A stretch of DNA of 64,000 bases from an uncultured Ignavibacteriales bacterium (GTDB lineage Bacteria; Zixibacteria; MSB-5A5; GN15; FEB-12): positions 248,001-312,000 of the forward strand of contig CAYXJN010000002.1 of the NCBI GenBank assembly GCA_964464605.1, given 5' to 3'. Below the pieces are notes generated by a model that did no database searches, was not told the DNA's origin, and saw nothing but the letters and a program-made list of their open reading frames with translations. The translations under genes and the position numbers were made by a program. Of this stretch, positions 1-9,074 are shown one piece after another (the stretch's first letter is position 1; the number at the start of each line of letters is the position of its first letter).

Positions 1-394
1 AGGCATTCGCAGTTCCAACTGCTCGCATCGCCCGCGGGTGGCCGATAGCATCTGCTATATCACCATAGGTCATTGTTTTGCCGTATGGGATCTTCGCAAC
101 ACGCAGTAATACTTTCGTATGAAAAGCGGAAGCCTGTATATCAAGCGGAAGTGAAAAACTCGTTCGCTTCCCTAAAAAGTATTCCTGAAACTGCTTTTGA
201 GCATTCTTATTGGTTGTTCCACCCTGTTGAATATCATAATCAGGAAACAGCCGGGTGATACTGTCTGCGAAACGGGACTGGGTTTCATGCGGCAACGTTA
301 CTATCGCTAACCCCTTGTTCGTGGCCGCCGTATGAACAGTGCCCGCCTTTGTTGTAAAGGAATGAATAAAAAGCTGCTTCGAATTTCGTTTCAT
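1..394 (-). CDS. ogt: Methylated-DNA--protein-cysteine methyltransferase, 3' end runs out of the window
   Basis: Not in the ORF track. Manual translation from ATG 394 gives MKRNSKQLFIHSF...EYFLGKRTSFSLPLD...AKIPYGKTMTYGDIADAIGHPRAMRAVGTANA, containing the Ogt motifs IPYG/TYG/RAVG. Starts 2 nt after the HAD stop. Confidence 0.9.
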   Translation of the reverse strand, partial: MKRNSKQLFIHSFTTKAGTVHTAATNKGLAIVTLPHETQSRFADSITRLFPDYDIQQGGTTNKNAQKQFQEYFLGKRTSFSLPLDIQASAFHTKVLLRVAKIPYGKTMTYGDIADAIGHPRAMRAVGTANA

Positions 395-396
395 AG

Positions 397-1032
397 TCAA
401 TTTTGTAAATGCTGCAATAAATCAGACAGATGATCGATATGAAAATCCGCTTCCGGCCGCGCATGTGCATACGGCGATGGTACCGTGACTGAACGAATAC
501 CGGCTTTTCTGGCGGCCTGAATGTCGTTGTCGGTATCGCCGACCATCAGCGTCGAATCGGATGAGGCATTCATCCGATTCATGGTCAAATGAATCATTTC
601 CGGGTGCGGTTTCTGGTGGGTTACTTCATCCCCGCCTACTGAAGCTGCAAACAATTCTCGCCAACCAAGCTTGTCGACAATTGCGGAGATATGAAAGGCT
701 ATTTTGTTTGTCGCAATGCCGAGTTGGTACCCTTTCGCGTGGAGTTCACGTAGCGCGGCATCGACACCGTTTAAGGCAACAGTCGCATCGACCACTGAAG
801 TCGTCGCATGCTTTTGAAAATGGCAGTACAATTCGGGGTAGGAAGCATCAGTGAAATCAGTGTACATCTGCTTGAGCGGATATCCGATATATGGTGTTAT
901 TTCATTACTTGGGCGTTCTTTTTCTCCCATGCAGCGCAATGAATAATTAACTGCCTCGACGATCCCCTGCGAGGAATCGATAAGTGTGCCGTCTAAATCG
1001 AATATAATATGTCGAACCGGGCTTGAACTCAC
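397..1032 (-). CDS. HAD-superfamily hydrolase (phosphoglycolate phosphatase-like)
   Basis: FDLDGTLIDS motif I, ATNK motif II, KPHPE and VGDTDND motifs. Confidence 0.88.
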   Translation of the reverse strand: MSSSPVRHIIFDLDGTLIDSSQGIVEAVNYSLRCMGEKERPSNEITPYIGYPLKQMYTDFTDASYPELYCHFQKHATTSVVDATVALNGVDAALRELHAKGYQLGIATNKIAFHISAIVDKLGWRELFAASVGGDEVTHQKPHPEMIHLTMNRMNASSDSTLMVGDTDNDIQAARKAGIRSVTVPSPYAHARPEADFHIDHLSDLLQHLQN

Positions 1033-1805
1033 AACAACCTTCGTACCTTCCCAAACGGAGCATCAAGCGGAATCTGCAATACCGTATCGATACCGCCTGT
1101 TTTCATCACCGCGACTAACATAGCGTACTTCCCGACCTTGGTCAACGGCCAGTCCCCGCCCGTCATTCGGCTCCCTTTTTCCGTCAAGAGGTCAGGAGTA
1201 CCGTCCACCACCACAATACCGCTTTGGATTTCGACATCCTCCCCGGGCATACCGACAACCAGACCGGTGTGAGCGTTACCGTCGGTATCTTCGACGCGGA
1301 TGATATCAAACCGTTCGGGCAGAGCGTGAAGGATTACTTTTTGAAAGGCGAGAAAGCGTACCTGAAAACTAAGATTGTCCGATATAAGCACCGCTCCCTT
1401 GGTTAACTCAGGCGCCAAACCGGTTGATTCCATGCGGTAAATATCCGGACGGTTAATAATGAGAAAATTCCCTAAAGCAACTGGCGCCAAAAGCTGATAC
1501 GTGATACCGGCAATAACAAAGAATCGAAATCCGTTTATCGGCGATCTCTTTTTGGCGGATTCACTTTTGATATTTTTATAAAGATCGACGAATGAAAACA
1601 GATAGAAAAAAAGCGGCAGACCGAACATCACCAACCGCGCCAAACCGGGAAGCGACAAAAAAAAGGATGCGGCAAAGAGTAACGCCGCCAGAAGCATGAC
1701 AAGAAAGACAAACGCGCCGAAAAGCCGTTCCCGAATATAGAAATGCCCCATCCCCGGCAGCAGTAACTGCAATAAAGCCGGCTTCCAGAACGGTTCGTTA
1801 ATCAT
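1029..1805 (-). CDS. Membrane protein with a C-terminal signal peptidase I (S26)-like domain, apparently lacking the catalytic residues
   Basis: N-terminal LLLPGMGHFY plus several TM helices, then MESTGLAPEL...PERFDII...GLVVGMPGEDVEIQSGIVVVDG, which resembles the LepB boxes. Confidence 0.65.
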   Translation of the reverse strand: MINEPFWKPALLQLLLPGMGHFYIRERLFGAFVFLVMLLAALLFAASFFLSLPGLARLVMFGLPLFFYLFSFVDLYKNIKSESAKKRSPINGFRFFVIAGITYQLLAPVALGNFLIINRPDIYRMESTGLAPELTKGAVLISDNLSFQVRFLAFQKVILHALPERFDIIRVEDTDGNAHTGLVVGMPGEDVEIQSGIVVVDGTPDLLTEKGSRMTGGDWPLTKVGKYAMLVAVMKTGGIDTVLQIPLDAPFGKVRRLL

Positions 1806-2100
1806 CAGATTGCCTGCGTTCGTAATAGCTGTTCAACATTCATACAGAATGTACGCATTCCCATACGGAATAAAAACAGTAAGCCGATACAAGACCATAA
1901 CTTAAAGTTGCCATACTGATATAGTGTACGGTTTGCCGGAAAACAAAGTTGCATGATGAATTGAGATCGCACAGATAACTCACTATCGGCTATGGCATTA
2001 GATAATGTTAGTGCGGAGGCATATTCGGCCGGGAACTTTTGCGGACCCATAAGCGTATTACTGACAAATAGATACACGGTACTTGCCCGGTCATCCCGAC

Positions 2101-2128
2101 TTGACAATCAGCGTGCTTCCGATAGATT
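2101..2128 (+). promoter_or_regulatory. sigma70-type promoter of ctpA
   Basis: TTGACA-16 nt-TAGATT, about 40 nt before the ATG at 2167. Confidence 0.55.
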
Positions 2129-2166
2129 GACACAGATGTTTTCTTTGCGTAGAAAGGACGGATAGA

Positions 2167-3993
2167 ATGTTCCGCTACACGCTCCAGTTATTTGCGGTTA
2201 CCGTTTTTGCACTTGGATTAATTTGGTTTGCCGGTACAGGCGAAGCGACTCAGAATGTTGCTTCGGCGGAACCGATACTCTGGGCAGATACTATTCATAT
2301 CGATACGCAGGAAAAACCGTCGGGCAAAACCGCTGATTCCCTTGCCACCGTACAACAGAAGAATGATGCGTTCCTTCGCAACATCAGACGGCTGCAGCAA
2401 GCGGCTTTCGAAATTCGCAATCAGTACATGGAAGATATCGACCCGGATCAACTGCTCAAAGCCGGAATCACCGGCATGCTTTCTGATCTGGATCGTTTTT
2501 CGGTGCTGATGGAAAAAACACAGTATGACGCCTTGATGGAATCGACGCACGGCAAATATTCCGGATTGGGAATGCAGATCGACGCCCGCGATGGACGAAT
2601 CATTATCATCACCCCCATCGAAGGTACCCCCGCCTATCGCCGCGGTCTTCATGCCGGTGATATCATCATGTCAATCGGCGATAAGTCAACCGAGGGATTA
2701 AGCACCAGCGATGCCTCCAAACTGATGCGCGGTGAAGCGGGAACATCGGTAAAACTGATGATCCAGCGTCCCGGTGTTGAAGAAACGATGGAATTCGAAG
2801 TCGAACGCGCGGTTATTGAACTCCGTTCGGTTAATTATGCCGGAATGATACCGGGTACTACGATCGGCTATGTCCGCTTATCGAAATTCGCTGAAGAAAC
2901 CAGCCGTGAACTGCGGGAGGCTATTAATGCCCTGAATGCACAGGGAGTGACTGGCTTAGTATTTGACCTCCGCTCCAACGGCGGTGGATTGCTGGAACAG
3001 GCGATCGAAACATCCGAACTCTTTTTGCCTGAAGGAAAAGAAATTGTTTATACCAAGGGCCGCCTTGAATCAAGTGAACGACATTACAAATCGAGCCGTC
3101 CCCCGATTTTTCCGGATAAACCGCTTATTGTGTTAGTCAACGAAGGTACCGCCTCAGCCTCTGAAATCGTCGCCGGCGCTATTCAGGATTGGGATCGCGG
3201 AATTATTCTTGGCAACACCACCTATGGTAAAGGATTGGTTCAACAGATCTTCCCTGTTGCCCAAGACGGTTCTATGCAAGTAAAACTGACCACTGCGAAA
3301 TATTATGTCCCCTCCGGTCGTTGTATCCAGAAACCGGAAACCCAGGATAAAGATAAACCGGGTCAGGAAGATGCTGAAGAAGCGCATCCTGCCGCCGATT
3401 CAATGAGCCTCAATGACAAGCCGCAATTCTTCACCAACGGCGGCCGGATTGTTTACGGCGGCGGCGGTATTGTACCGGACGTTATTTTAGAACGTGAGCT
3501 CTGGAAGCCTATTGAAATTAACTTGGAACGCAAATCGATGTTCTTCGATTTCGCCGTCAAATACGTTGCGCAGCATCCCGACGTGAAACCGGATTTCGAA
3601 GTAACGGCTGAGCTCGTCGGTCAGTTCCGCGCTTTCATCAAAGAAAAGAAATTCGACTATAAAACTTCATCGCAGATCGCTTTGGAAAAACTGGAAGAAA
3701 CAATCGCCGGTGACACCGATGAGGACAAGTTCAAACCGCAGATCGACAACATGAAGACGTTGATTGCGGCTGAAAAGGAACAGGATTTCGACGAATCGAT
3801 CGACTACATCAGACGCTCGATTAAATCGGAAATCGTTGCGGCGATTGCCGGTGAACGCGGCGTGTATGAACAAATCGTACTGAAATCCGACAAGGCCGTA
3901 CAAAAAGCGGTAACACTCTTGGGCAAGCCGGATGAATTCGCGAAACTAATGACCAAGTCTCCCACGCAGAAAAAGGCTTCGGTCAACAACTAA
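2167..3993 (+). CDS. ctpA: S41 carboxy-terminal processing protease (PDZ + S41)
   Basis: Signal/TM segment, GLG PDZ motif, DLRSNGGG, TASASEI catalytic Ser, TYGKG catalytic Lys. Confidence 0.93.
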   Translation: MFRYTLQLFAVTVFALGLIWFAGTGEATQNVASAEPILWADTIHIDTQEKPSGKTADSLATVQQKNDAFLRNIRRLQQAAFEIRNQYMEDIDPDQLLKAGITGMLSDLDRFSVLMEKTQYDALMESTHGKYSGLGMQIDARDGRIIIITPIEGTPAYRRGLHAGDIIMSIGDKSTEGLSTSDASKLMRGEAGTSVKLMIQRPGVEETMEFEVERAVIELRSVNYAGMIPGTTIGYVRLSKFAEETSRELREAINALNAQGVTGLVFDLRSNGGGLLEQAIETSELFLPEGKEIVYTKGRLESSERHYKSSRPPIFPDKPLIVLVNEGTASASEIVAGAIQDWDRGIILGNTTYGKGLVQQIFPVAQDGSMQVKLTTAKYYVPSGRCIQKPETQDKDKPGQEDAEEAHPAADSMSLNDKPQFFTNGGRIVYGGGGIVPDVILERELWKPIEINLERKSMFFDFAVKYVAQHPDVKPDFEVTAELVGQFRAFIKEKKFDYKTSSQIALEKLEETIAGDTDEDKFKPQIDNMKTLIAAEKEQDFDESIDYIRRSIKSEIVAAIAGERGVYEQIVLKSDKAVQKAVTLLGKPDEFAKLMTKSPTQKKASVNN

Positions 3994-4012
3994 GCCCTTA
4001 GCAAACAGACAT

Positions 4013-4049
4013 AAAAAAAACGGACGCCGGGAGCAAGCGTCCGTTTTTT
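4013..4049. terminator. Bidirectional intrinsic terminator
   Basis: A-tract-CGGACGC...GCGTCCG-T-tract between convergent genes. Confidence 0.8.
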
Positions 4050-4068
4050 ATTTGTGCTGTCTGTTTAA

Positions 4069-4497
4069 CTACTGCGCGTTGTTTGCGCCGCTCGTGCTGA
4101 ATTCCAGCAGCAACCAACGCTTGTCTTCATAGGAGAACAAAAGGCGTATCCCCCCGTTTGTTTTACCGGCATCATCGGTTATCTGACAGTTGCATTGTGC
4201 GCTTGTGTTCGTAAAGCTGATATCGCAATCAGAAAAGCGGGCGAACCGCTGTATCGGTATACTTCCCCAGACAAACGACAGCAATGAATCGCTGGTAAGA
4301 TTTTTATCAAGCATCCGCACCGACATCAGCGAATCAAGCGCCGGCCGGTTACGTTCCCGCACAGCCGTTTCTACCTGAGAAATTGCCGCTTTGATAAGCG
4401 GTATTTCGGTTCGCGCCGGCAGTTTTTCCTTGGCGCAAGAAATTGCTAACACTACCAAAAAAAACAGGACTGCTAAGCTATGGGCAGCGGTTTGCAT
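4069..4497 (-). CDS. Hypothetical lipoprotein (possibly NTF2-like fold)
   Basis: Hydrophobic N-terminus with lipobox LAISC, co-oriented downstream of rlmN. Confidence 0.65.
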   Translation of the reverse strand: MQTAAHSLAVLFFLVVLAISCAKEKLPARTEIPLIKAAISQVETAVRERNRPALDSLMSVRMLDKNLTSDSLLSFVWGSIPIQRFARFSDCDISFTNTSAQCNCQITDDAGKTNGGIRLLFSYEDKRWLLLEFSTSGANNAQ

Positions 4498-4508
4498 AAC
4501 GCGAGAAC

Positions 4509-5903
4509 TTACATCGCCTGGAACTGATAGTGGCCGTTGCCACGCCGGGTTATCACTTTGTTACTAACGAGCTTTTCCAGCGTTAATGTTGCCGTCCAGT
4601 TCCAGAACCAGTACTTGGGACCGTACGCGAAATTCTGAAATCCGAGCGTTTGCGTCTTTTTGTCGAATTCTTCTTTCATCCACGCCATAATGTTTTCTGT
4701 GCCGGTACCCAGTGAGCGCATCGCAAATCCGGTTACATACGGAGAATAAAAGAATCCTTCAAAGTTATCCGCTTTGGCGAACTGCCAGACAATCGGTTTC
4801 CTCGTTGCAAGTTTTTCGCGATAATTTGCTTCACATTCGATTCGCGGAATGAAATCGGCGAACGCTATGGTCGGATCATTGACGGAAACGGAGAAGAAAT
4901 GATGCCCGTTCATATCGGCATCTCCCTGAACCGCGTACATATAAAAGGGCGTGAAGGCGTTGCAAAAATCGGTTCCTTCAAAAACAGCGAAATTCCGCTT
5001 GCCGGCCACGAATTCACGACCAAGAAAATCCCATAAGAACAAAGCAGAAATAGTCGGATATTCATAAAACAAAACAGAGCCAGGATTCATAAAATCGACC
5101 GTATCAGCGCTCATTGCGCCGCTTTTGACTAAGCTGTCACGGGTATTTCGATATGCAGTCAGGTTACGGATGATAATATCCGCCAACGAATCTGAAACCG
5201 TTTCGGCCAACTGGCGATACTGCGAGGCCTCGCTTTCGAGAATGACGGCAAACGTAGGTTGATAGGTAGTGCTGTCAATCTTCTTAAGCGCCGTTTCCGC
5301 GACCAGCGCATCGGCGGTACGCTGAATGAATTTTTCGTCTGCATCCGCAAGTTTCGCTATTTGGGCAATCGATTTATTTTCCCGGGTTAACACCAACAAC
5401 TGACGGCTGATTTCATTGTCCCAGTTGCCGCTGCCGTCGACAATCGGCGGCAGCGTTACCCGCTTGGTCGTATACGGCAGGATCTGGTCCGGCGTATGAT
5501 ATTGTATCGTTATCGGCTGTTCGAAAATCTTTTGCCTCGGCAAAAGAATGTCGGCGGTATCGACAACGTCATACAATTGCACCAGTATCGATGCTTTCCC
5601 GAAGTTACCCGGCACGAATATCCACGGTGTCAAAATTTTAGACTCAAGCGGACCGAGCACGAAATTGGTACGTGCGGTTCGAACTGGTTTAAAATAGGAA
5701 TCAGTAAAGGAAATCGTGGTAACAACGGAAATAAATTTGAGGTATTCCGTTTTGTTGGTCACTTCGAAATTGGCCTGTTGTGATCCCCAGCGAAGATTGG
5801 GCAGGTGAATTTCACCAATCGACACTTCTGCCCCATCCTGGGCAAAAACGGTTTGGGTAAGCAGCGAACAGACGGCAAGCAGCAGAATACGCAGCAACTT
5901 CAT
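4509..5903 (-). CDS. Hypothetical exported protein
   Basis: 464-aa ORF with Sec signal peptide (MKLLRILLLAVCSLLTQTVFA) and ATGA overlap with the rlmN stop. Confidence 0.75.
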   Translation of the reverse strand: MKLLRILLLAVCSLLTQTVFAQDGAEVSIGEIHLPNLRWGSQQANFEVTNKTEYLKFISVVTTISFTDSYFKPVRTARTNFVLGPLESKILTPWIFVPGNFGKASILVQLYDVVDTADILLPRQKIFEQPITIQYHTPDQILPYTTKRVTLPPIVDGSGNWDNEISRQLLVLTRENKSIAQIAKLADADEKFIQRTADALVAETALKKIDSTTYQPTFAVILESEASQYRQLAETVSDSLADIIIRNLTAYRNTRDSLVKSGAMSADTVDFMNPGSVLFYEYPTISALFLWDFLGREFVAGKRNFAVFEGTDFCNAFTPFYMYAVQGDADMNGHHFFSVSVNDPTIAFADFIPRIECEANYREKLATRKPIVWQFAKADNFEGFFYSPYVTGFAMRSLGTGTENIMAWMKEEFDKKTQTLGFQNFAYGPKYWFWNWTATLTLEKLVSNKVITRRGNGHYQFQAM

Positions 5904-6949
5904 TTCATTTGACTCCTGTTTACATTTCGGGCTGCCAGTTGTCCGCAGGCAGCGTCAATATCTCGTCCTCGACTTTTTCTTACAGTCACGGTTACACCGG
6001 CCTGATGTAACTGTCTGGCGAACCGGTTCACTTTGTCATCTGACGGCCGTTCAAAGGGAAGGCCGGGAACCGGATTATAGGCCAGAATATTGATTTTACA
6101 CGCAAACCCGGAAACGAGCCGGGACAATTGTTCAATATCTTCCGGCTTATCATTGAAGCCGTCAAACAAAATGTATTCGAAAGTCACCGGTAAACCGGTC
6201 ACATTAGCATAGTACTTGGCCGCGTCAATAAGCTTAGGAAGCCCAAAGGTCTTGGCGATAGGCATAATTCTGAGCCGTTTTTGCTGGTTGGCCGCATGCA
6301 GTGAGATCGCAAGGCGAACGTTTAACCCGGTATCCGCAAGCTTTTTGATTTTTGGAGTAATCCCGGATGTCGAGAGGGTGATACGTTTCGGACTGACACC
6401 CAAACCGACCTCGCTTGTTATAATACGCAATGCTTCAACCACTGAGTCGAAATTTAATAACGGTTCACCCATCCCCATCATCACAATATTCGAAAAGGCA
6501 TCAGATCCGAATTCATCTCTCAGTTGCAATAACTGACCGACTATCTCCCCCGGTGTTAAATCTCTGAGTAATCCCATCGTTCCGGTAGCGCAAAAGGCGC
6601 ATTTTACGGCACAGCCAGCTTGAACCGAAATACAGGCGGTTTGCCGTTTGTCTTCATCCGGAATGAGTACACTTTCGACCGGGTGGCCGTCATGGAGACG
6701 AAACAGCAGCTTGCGGGTACCATCCCTTGAGTGATAGTTCCCCTCTAACTTCAACTGATCGACAAAACAGCGCTCAGCCAGTTCAGTGCGCATTTCACGG
6801 GATAGATCGGTCATGCGGGCAAAGTCATATTCACGGGAGGAGTAAATCCATTTGAACACCTGCCGCCCGTGAAACGACTGTGCGCCAAGCGAGGTGAGCA
6901 ATTCCTCCATTTGCGGCATGGAAAGGCCGAGAACATTCACTTTTGACAT
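5900..6949 (-). CDS. rlmN: 23S rRNA (adenine2503-C2)/tRNA methyltransferase RlmN
   Basis: CISVQAGCAVKCAFC radical SAM motif, MGMGEP, DIDAACGQL; start reassigned to ATG 6949. Confidence 0.95.
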   Translation of the reverse strand: MSKVNVLGLSMPQMEELLTSLGAQSFHGRQVFKWIYSSREYDFARMTDLSREMRTELAERCFVDQLKLEGNYHSRDGTRKLLFRLHDGHPVESVLIPDEDKRQTACISVQAGCAVKCAFCATGTMGLLRDLTPGEIVGQLLQLRDEFGSDAFSNIVMMGMGEPLLNFDSVVEALRIITSEVGLGVSPKRITLSTSGITPKIKKLADTGLNVRLAISLHAANQQKRLRIMPIAKTFGLPKLIDAAKYYANVTGLPVTFEYILFDGFNDKPEDIEQLSRLVSGFACKINILAYNPVPGLPFERPSDDKVNRFARQLHQAGVTVTVRKSRGRDIDAACGQLAARNVNRSQMK

Positions 6950-7017
6950 CCCCCAATCTACCGGAAATATGTGAATTGGCAAGCCTTTGTCAGCCAATGG
7001 AAAGCCCAAGTCTATTC

Positions 7018-7047
7018 TTGACTTATCAGAGAAAATGGAAGTATTAT
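7018..7047 (+). promoter_or_regulatory. sigma70-type promoter of tRNA-Pro
   Basis: TTGACT-18 nt-TATTAT, 11 nt before the tRNA. Confidence 0.6.
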
Positions 7048-7058
7048 CCCGTTAACTT

Positions 7059-7132
7059 CGGGGTGTAGCGCAGCCTGGTAGCGCGCTTGCTTTGGGAGCA
7101 AGATGTCGCAGGTTCGAATCCTGTCACCCCGA
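7059..7132 (+). tRNA. tRNA-Pro(TGG), CCA not encoded
   Basis: CGGGGTG acceptor stem, anticodon arm CTTGC-TTTGGGA-GCAAG, GTTCGAATC T-loop. Confidence 0.95.
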
Positions 7133-7160
7133 TAAAAATAAGCCTGACAGATCCAACTTT

Positions 7161-8348
7161 GTGTATCCACAGCTAACCCTTACAACGCTCGACATTCCGA
7201 CGATTTCCGCCCGTCACCCCTGGGTGCTCAAACGACAGATTGAACCCGCATCCGCGGACATTCTACACGGTTCGCTGATTACCCTTTGTGATCCGGATGG
7301 GAATTTTATTGGCAACGGTACCTACTCCGCTCACGGTAACATTTCAATTCGCTTACTAACCAGACAACAGGAAACAATAGACCGGACATGGCTGGTTAAT
7401 CGTATCACTGAAGCGAATAATGTTCGCTTGCAGCTTGGGTACGGCCCGAACACAAATACCACAGGTTATCGCGTTCTGTTCGGAGAAGCGGATTTTCTAC
7501 CGGGGTTGGTAATCGACCGATTCGACAATAGTATCGTTTTCCAAATCGCCACGGCGGGAATTGATAATCTGCGCAATGAAGTCATAACCGCTATTCAGCA
7601 TGTCTTCTCCCCTTCGGTGATTGTCGAGCGCAGTGAAATGCCGGTTCGCAAAGAGGAACGGCTGGAGCCGGTCAGCCAATTACATGTCGGCGAATCTGCA
7701 GCAGTCACATTTTTACAGCATGGGGTCAGATTCAGTGCTGATCTGTTACTCGGACAGAAAACCGGTTTCTTTTTAGATCAGGGAACATTACGGCAAGTAG
7801 TAACGAAATTAGCTCGAAACAAAAGTGTGCTCAATCTCTTCTCATATACCGGCGGGTTTACGGTTGCAGCGTTAGCGGGTGGCGCGAAAGGCGTTATCAA
7901 TGTCGATTCCTCGCAAAGCGCGCTTGATCGAATACCAGAACAACTATCACTTAACAATCTCACACCTGCCCTGTCAACTCAGGACTGTTCTGAAGCATTC
8001 GACTGGCTTTCAAAACGGAATGACCCGGAATTTGACATGGTCATTCTCGATCCTCCTGCGCTGATAAAATCAAAACAGGATGCCGCTTCCGGCCGGAAGG
8101 GATATCATTTTCTCAATCGCGCGGCTTTACGACTGGTGAAAGATGGCGGCATATTGGTTACCAGCAGTTGTTCGGCGCACTTTTCGGAGGATGATTTTTT
8201 GATAACGCTCAGACGCGCTTCGATGCAGGCCGGGATATCTTTACGAATCGTACAGCGGGTCTACCAAAATCCGGATCATCCGATTGTTCCCTATTTTCTT
8301 GACGGCTCTTATCTCAAATCGTTTGTCTGCACGGTGAATCGCCCATGA
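7161..8348 (+). CDS. rlmI: Class I SAM-dependent rRNA m5C methyltransferase (RlmI family)
   Basis: HPWV PUA domain, GEADFLPGLVID, GQKTGFFLDQ, VLNLFSYTGGF, ILDPP, SSCS; start moved to GTG 7161, downstream of the tRNA. Confidence 0.88.
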   Translation: MYPQLTLTTLDIPTISARHPWVLKRQIEPASADILHGSLITLCDPDGNFIGNGTYSAHGNISIRLLTRQQETIDRTWLVNRITEANNVRLQLGYGPNTNTTGYRVLFGEADFLPGLVIDRFDNSIVFQIATAGIDNLRNEVITAIQHVFSPSVIVERSEMPVRKEERLEPVSQLHVGESAAVTFLQHGVRFSADLLLGQKTGFFLDQGTLRQVVTKLARNKSVLNLFSYTGGFTVAALAGGAKGVINVDSSQSALDRIPEQLSLNNLTPALSTQDCSEAFDWLSKRNDPEFDMVILDPPALIKSKQDAASGRKGYHFLNRAALRLVKDGGILVTSSCSAHFSEDDFLITLRRASMQAGISLRIVQRVYQNPDHPIVPYFLDGSYLKSFVCTVNRP

Positions 8349-8420
8349 CACGGTTTTTGCTTGTGCCGAAACCGATTACCGCTGTTCTTGCGGCCGGAAC
8401 AAAACAGTAAAAGCGACACA

Positions 8421-9074
8421 ATGGAAACAATCAAGCATCTGATCGATTTCTTTCTGCATTTAGACAAACATCTGGCCGAACTCATCAGTTCATACGGCGC
8501 ATGGACCTACGGCATACTCTTTCTGATTATCTTTTGCGAAACCGGATTAGTGGTAACGCCGTTTCTACCCGGAGATTCACTCCTGTTTGCGGCGGGGACA
8601 TTTGCCGCGTCGGGAAGTTTGAACCTTTGGTGGTTGATGCTGTTACTGATTATCGCCGCGATCATCGGCGACGCGGCCAATTACTACATTGGCTACAAAA
8701 TCGGCGCCCGGTTATTACAAAACCAGAACAGCAAAATTTTTCGGAAAGAATACATCGACCGTACCCATGCCTTTTATGAAAAGTACGGCGGCAAGACAAT
8801 CATCTTCGCCCGTTTCGTCCCGATTGTCCGCACCTTTGCGCCGTTTTTAGCCGGTGTCGGAAAGATGAATTACTGGCATTTTGCCATGTACAATATCACC
8901 GGAGCAATCGCGTGGGTTGTTATCTGCGTTCTGGCCGGGTATTTTTTCGGCAATCTGTCGTTTGTGCAAAACAACTTCTCGCTCGTCGTTCTTGCGATAA
9001 TATTTATTTCCATCCTACCGGGAATAATCGAATTCATTCGTTATCGCCGCGCGAAAGGGACGACGCCCCGTTAA
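8421..9074 (+). CDS. dedA: DedA family membrane protein
   Basis: [19 protein letters not shown] and [13 protein letters not shown] motifs. Confidence 0.93.
   Translation: METIKHLIDFFLHLDKHLAELISSYGAWTYGILFLIIFCETGLVVTPFLPGDSLLFAAGTFAASGSLNLWWLMLLLIIAAIIGDAANYYIGYKIGARLLQNQNSKIFRKEYIDRTHAFYEKYGGKTIIFARFVPIVRTFAPFLAGVGKMNYWHFAMYNITGAIAWVVICVLAGYFFGNLSFVQNNFSLVVLAIIFISILPGIIEFIRYRRAKGTTPR

Noticed and set aside
1805..2107. 100-aa ORF in the lepB-like/ctpA divergent region
   Set aside because: No recognisable motifs or RBS, and it overlaps promoter elements; likely spurious.
7092..7160. N-terminal extension of the rlmI ORF
   Set aside because: It overlaps tRNA-Pro; GTG 7161 is the plausible start.
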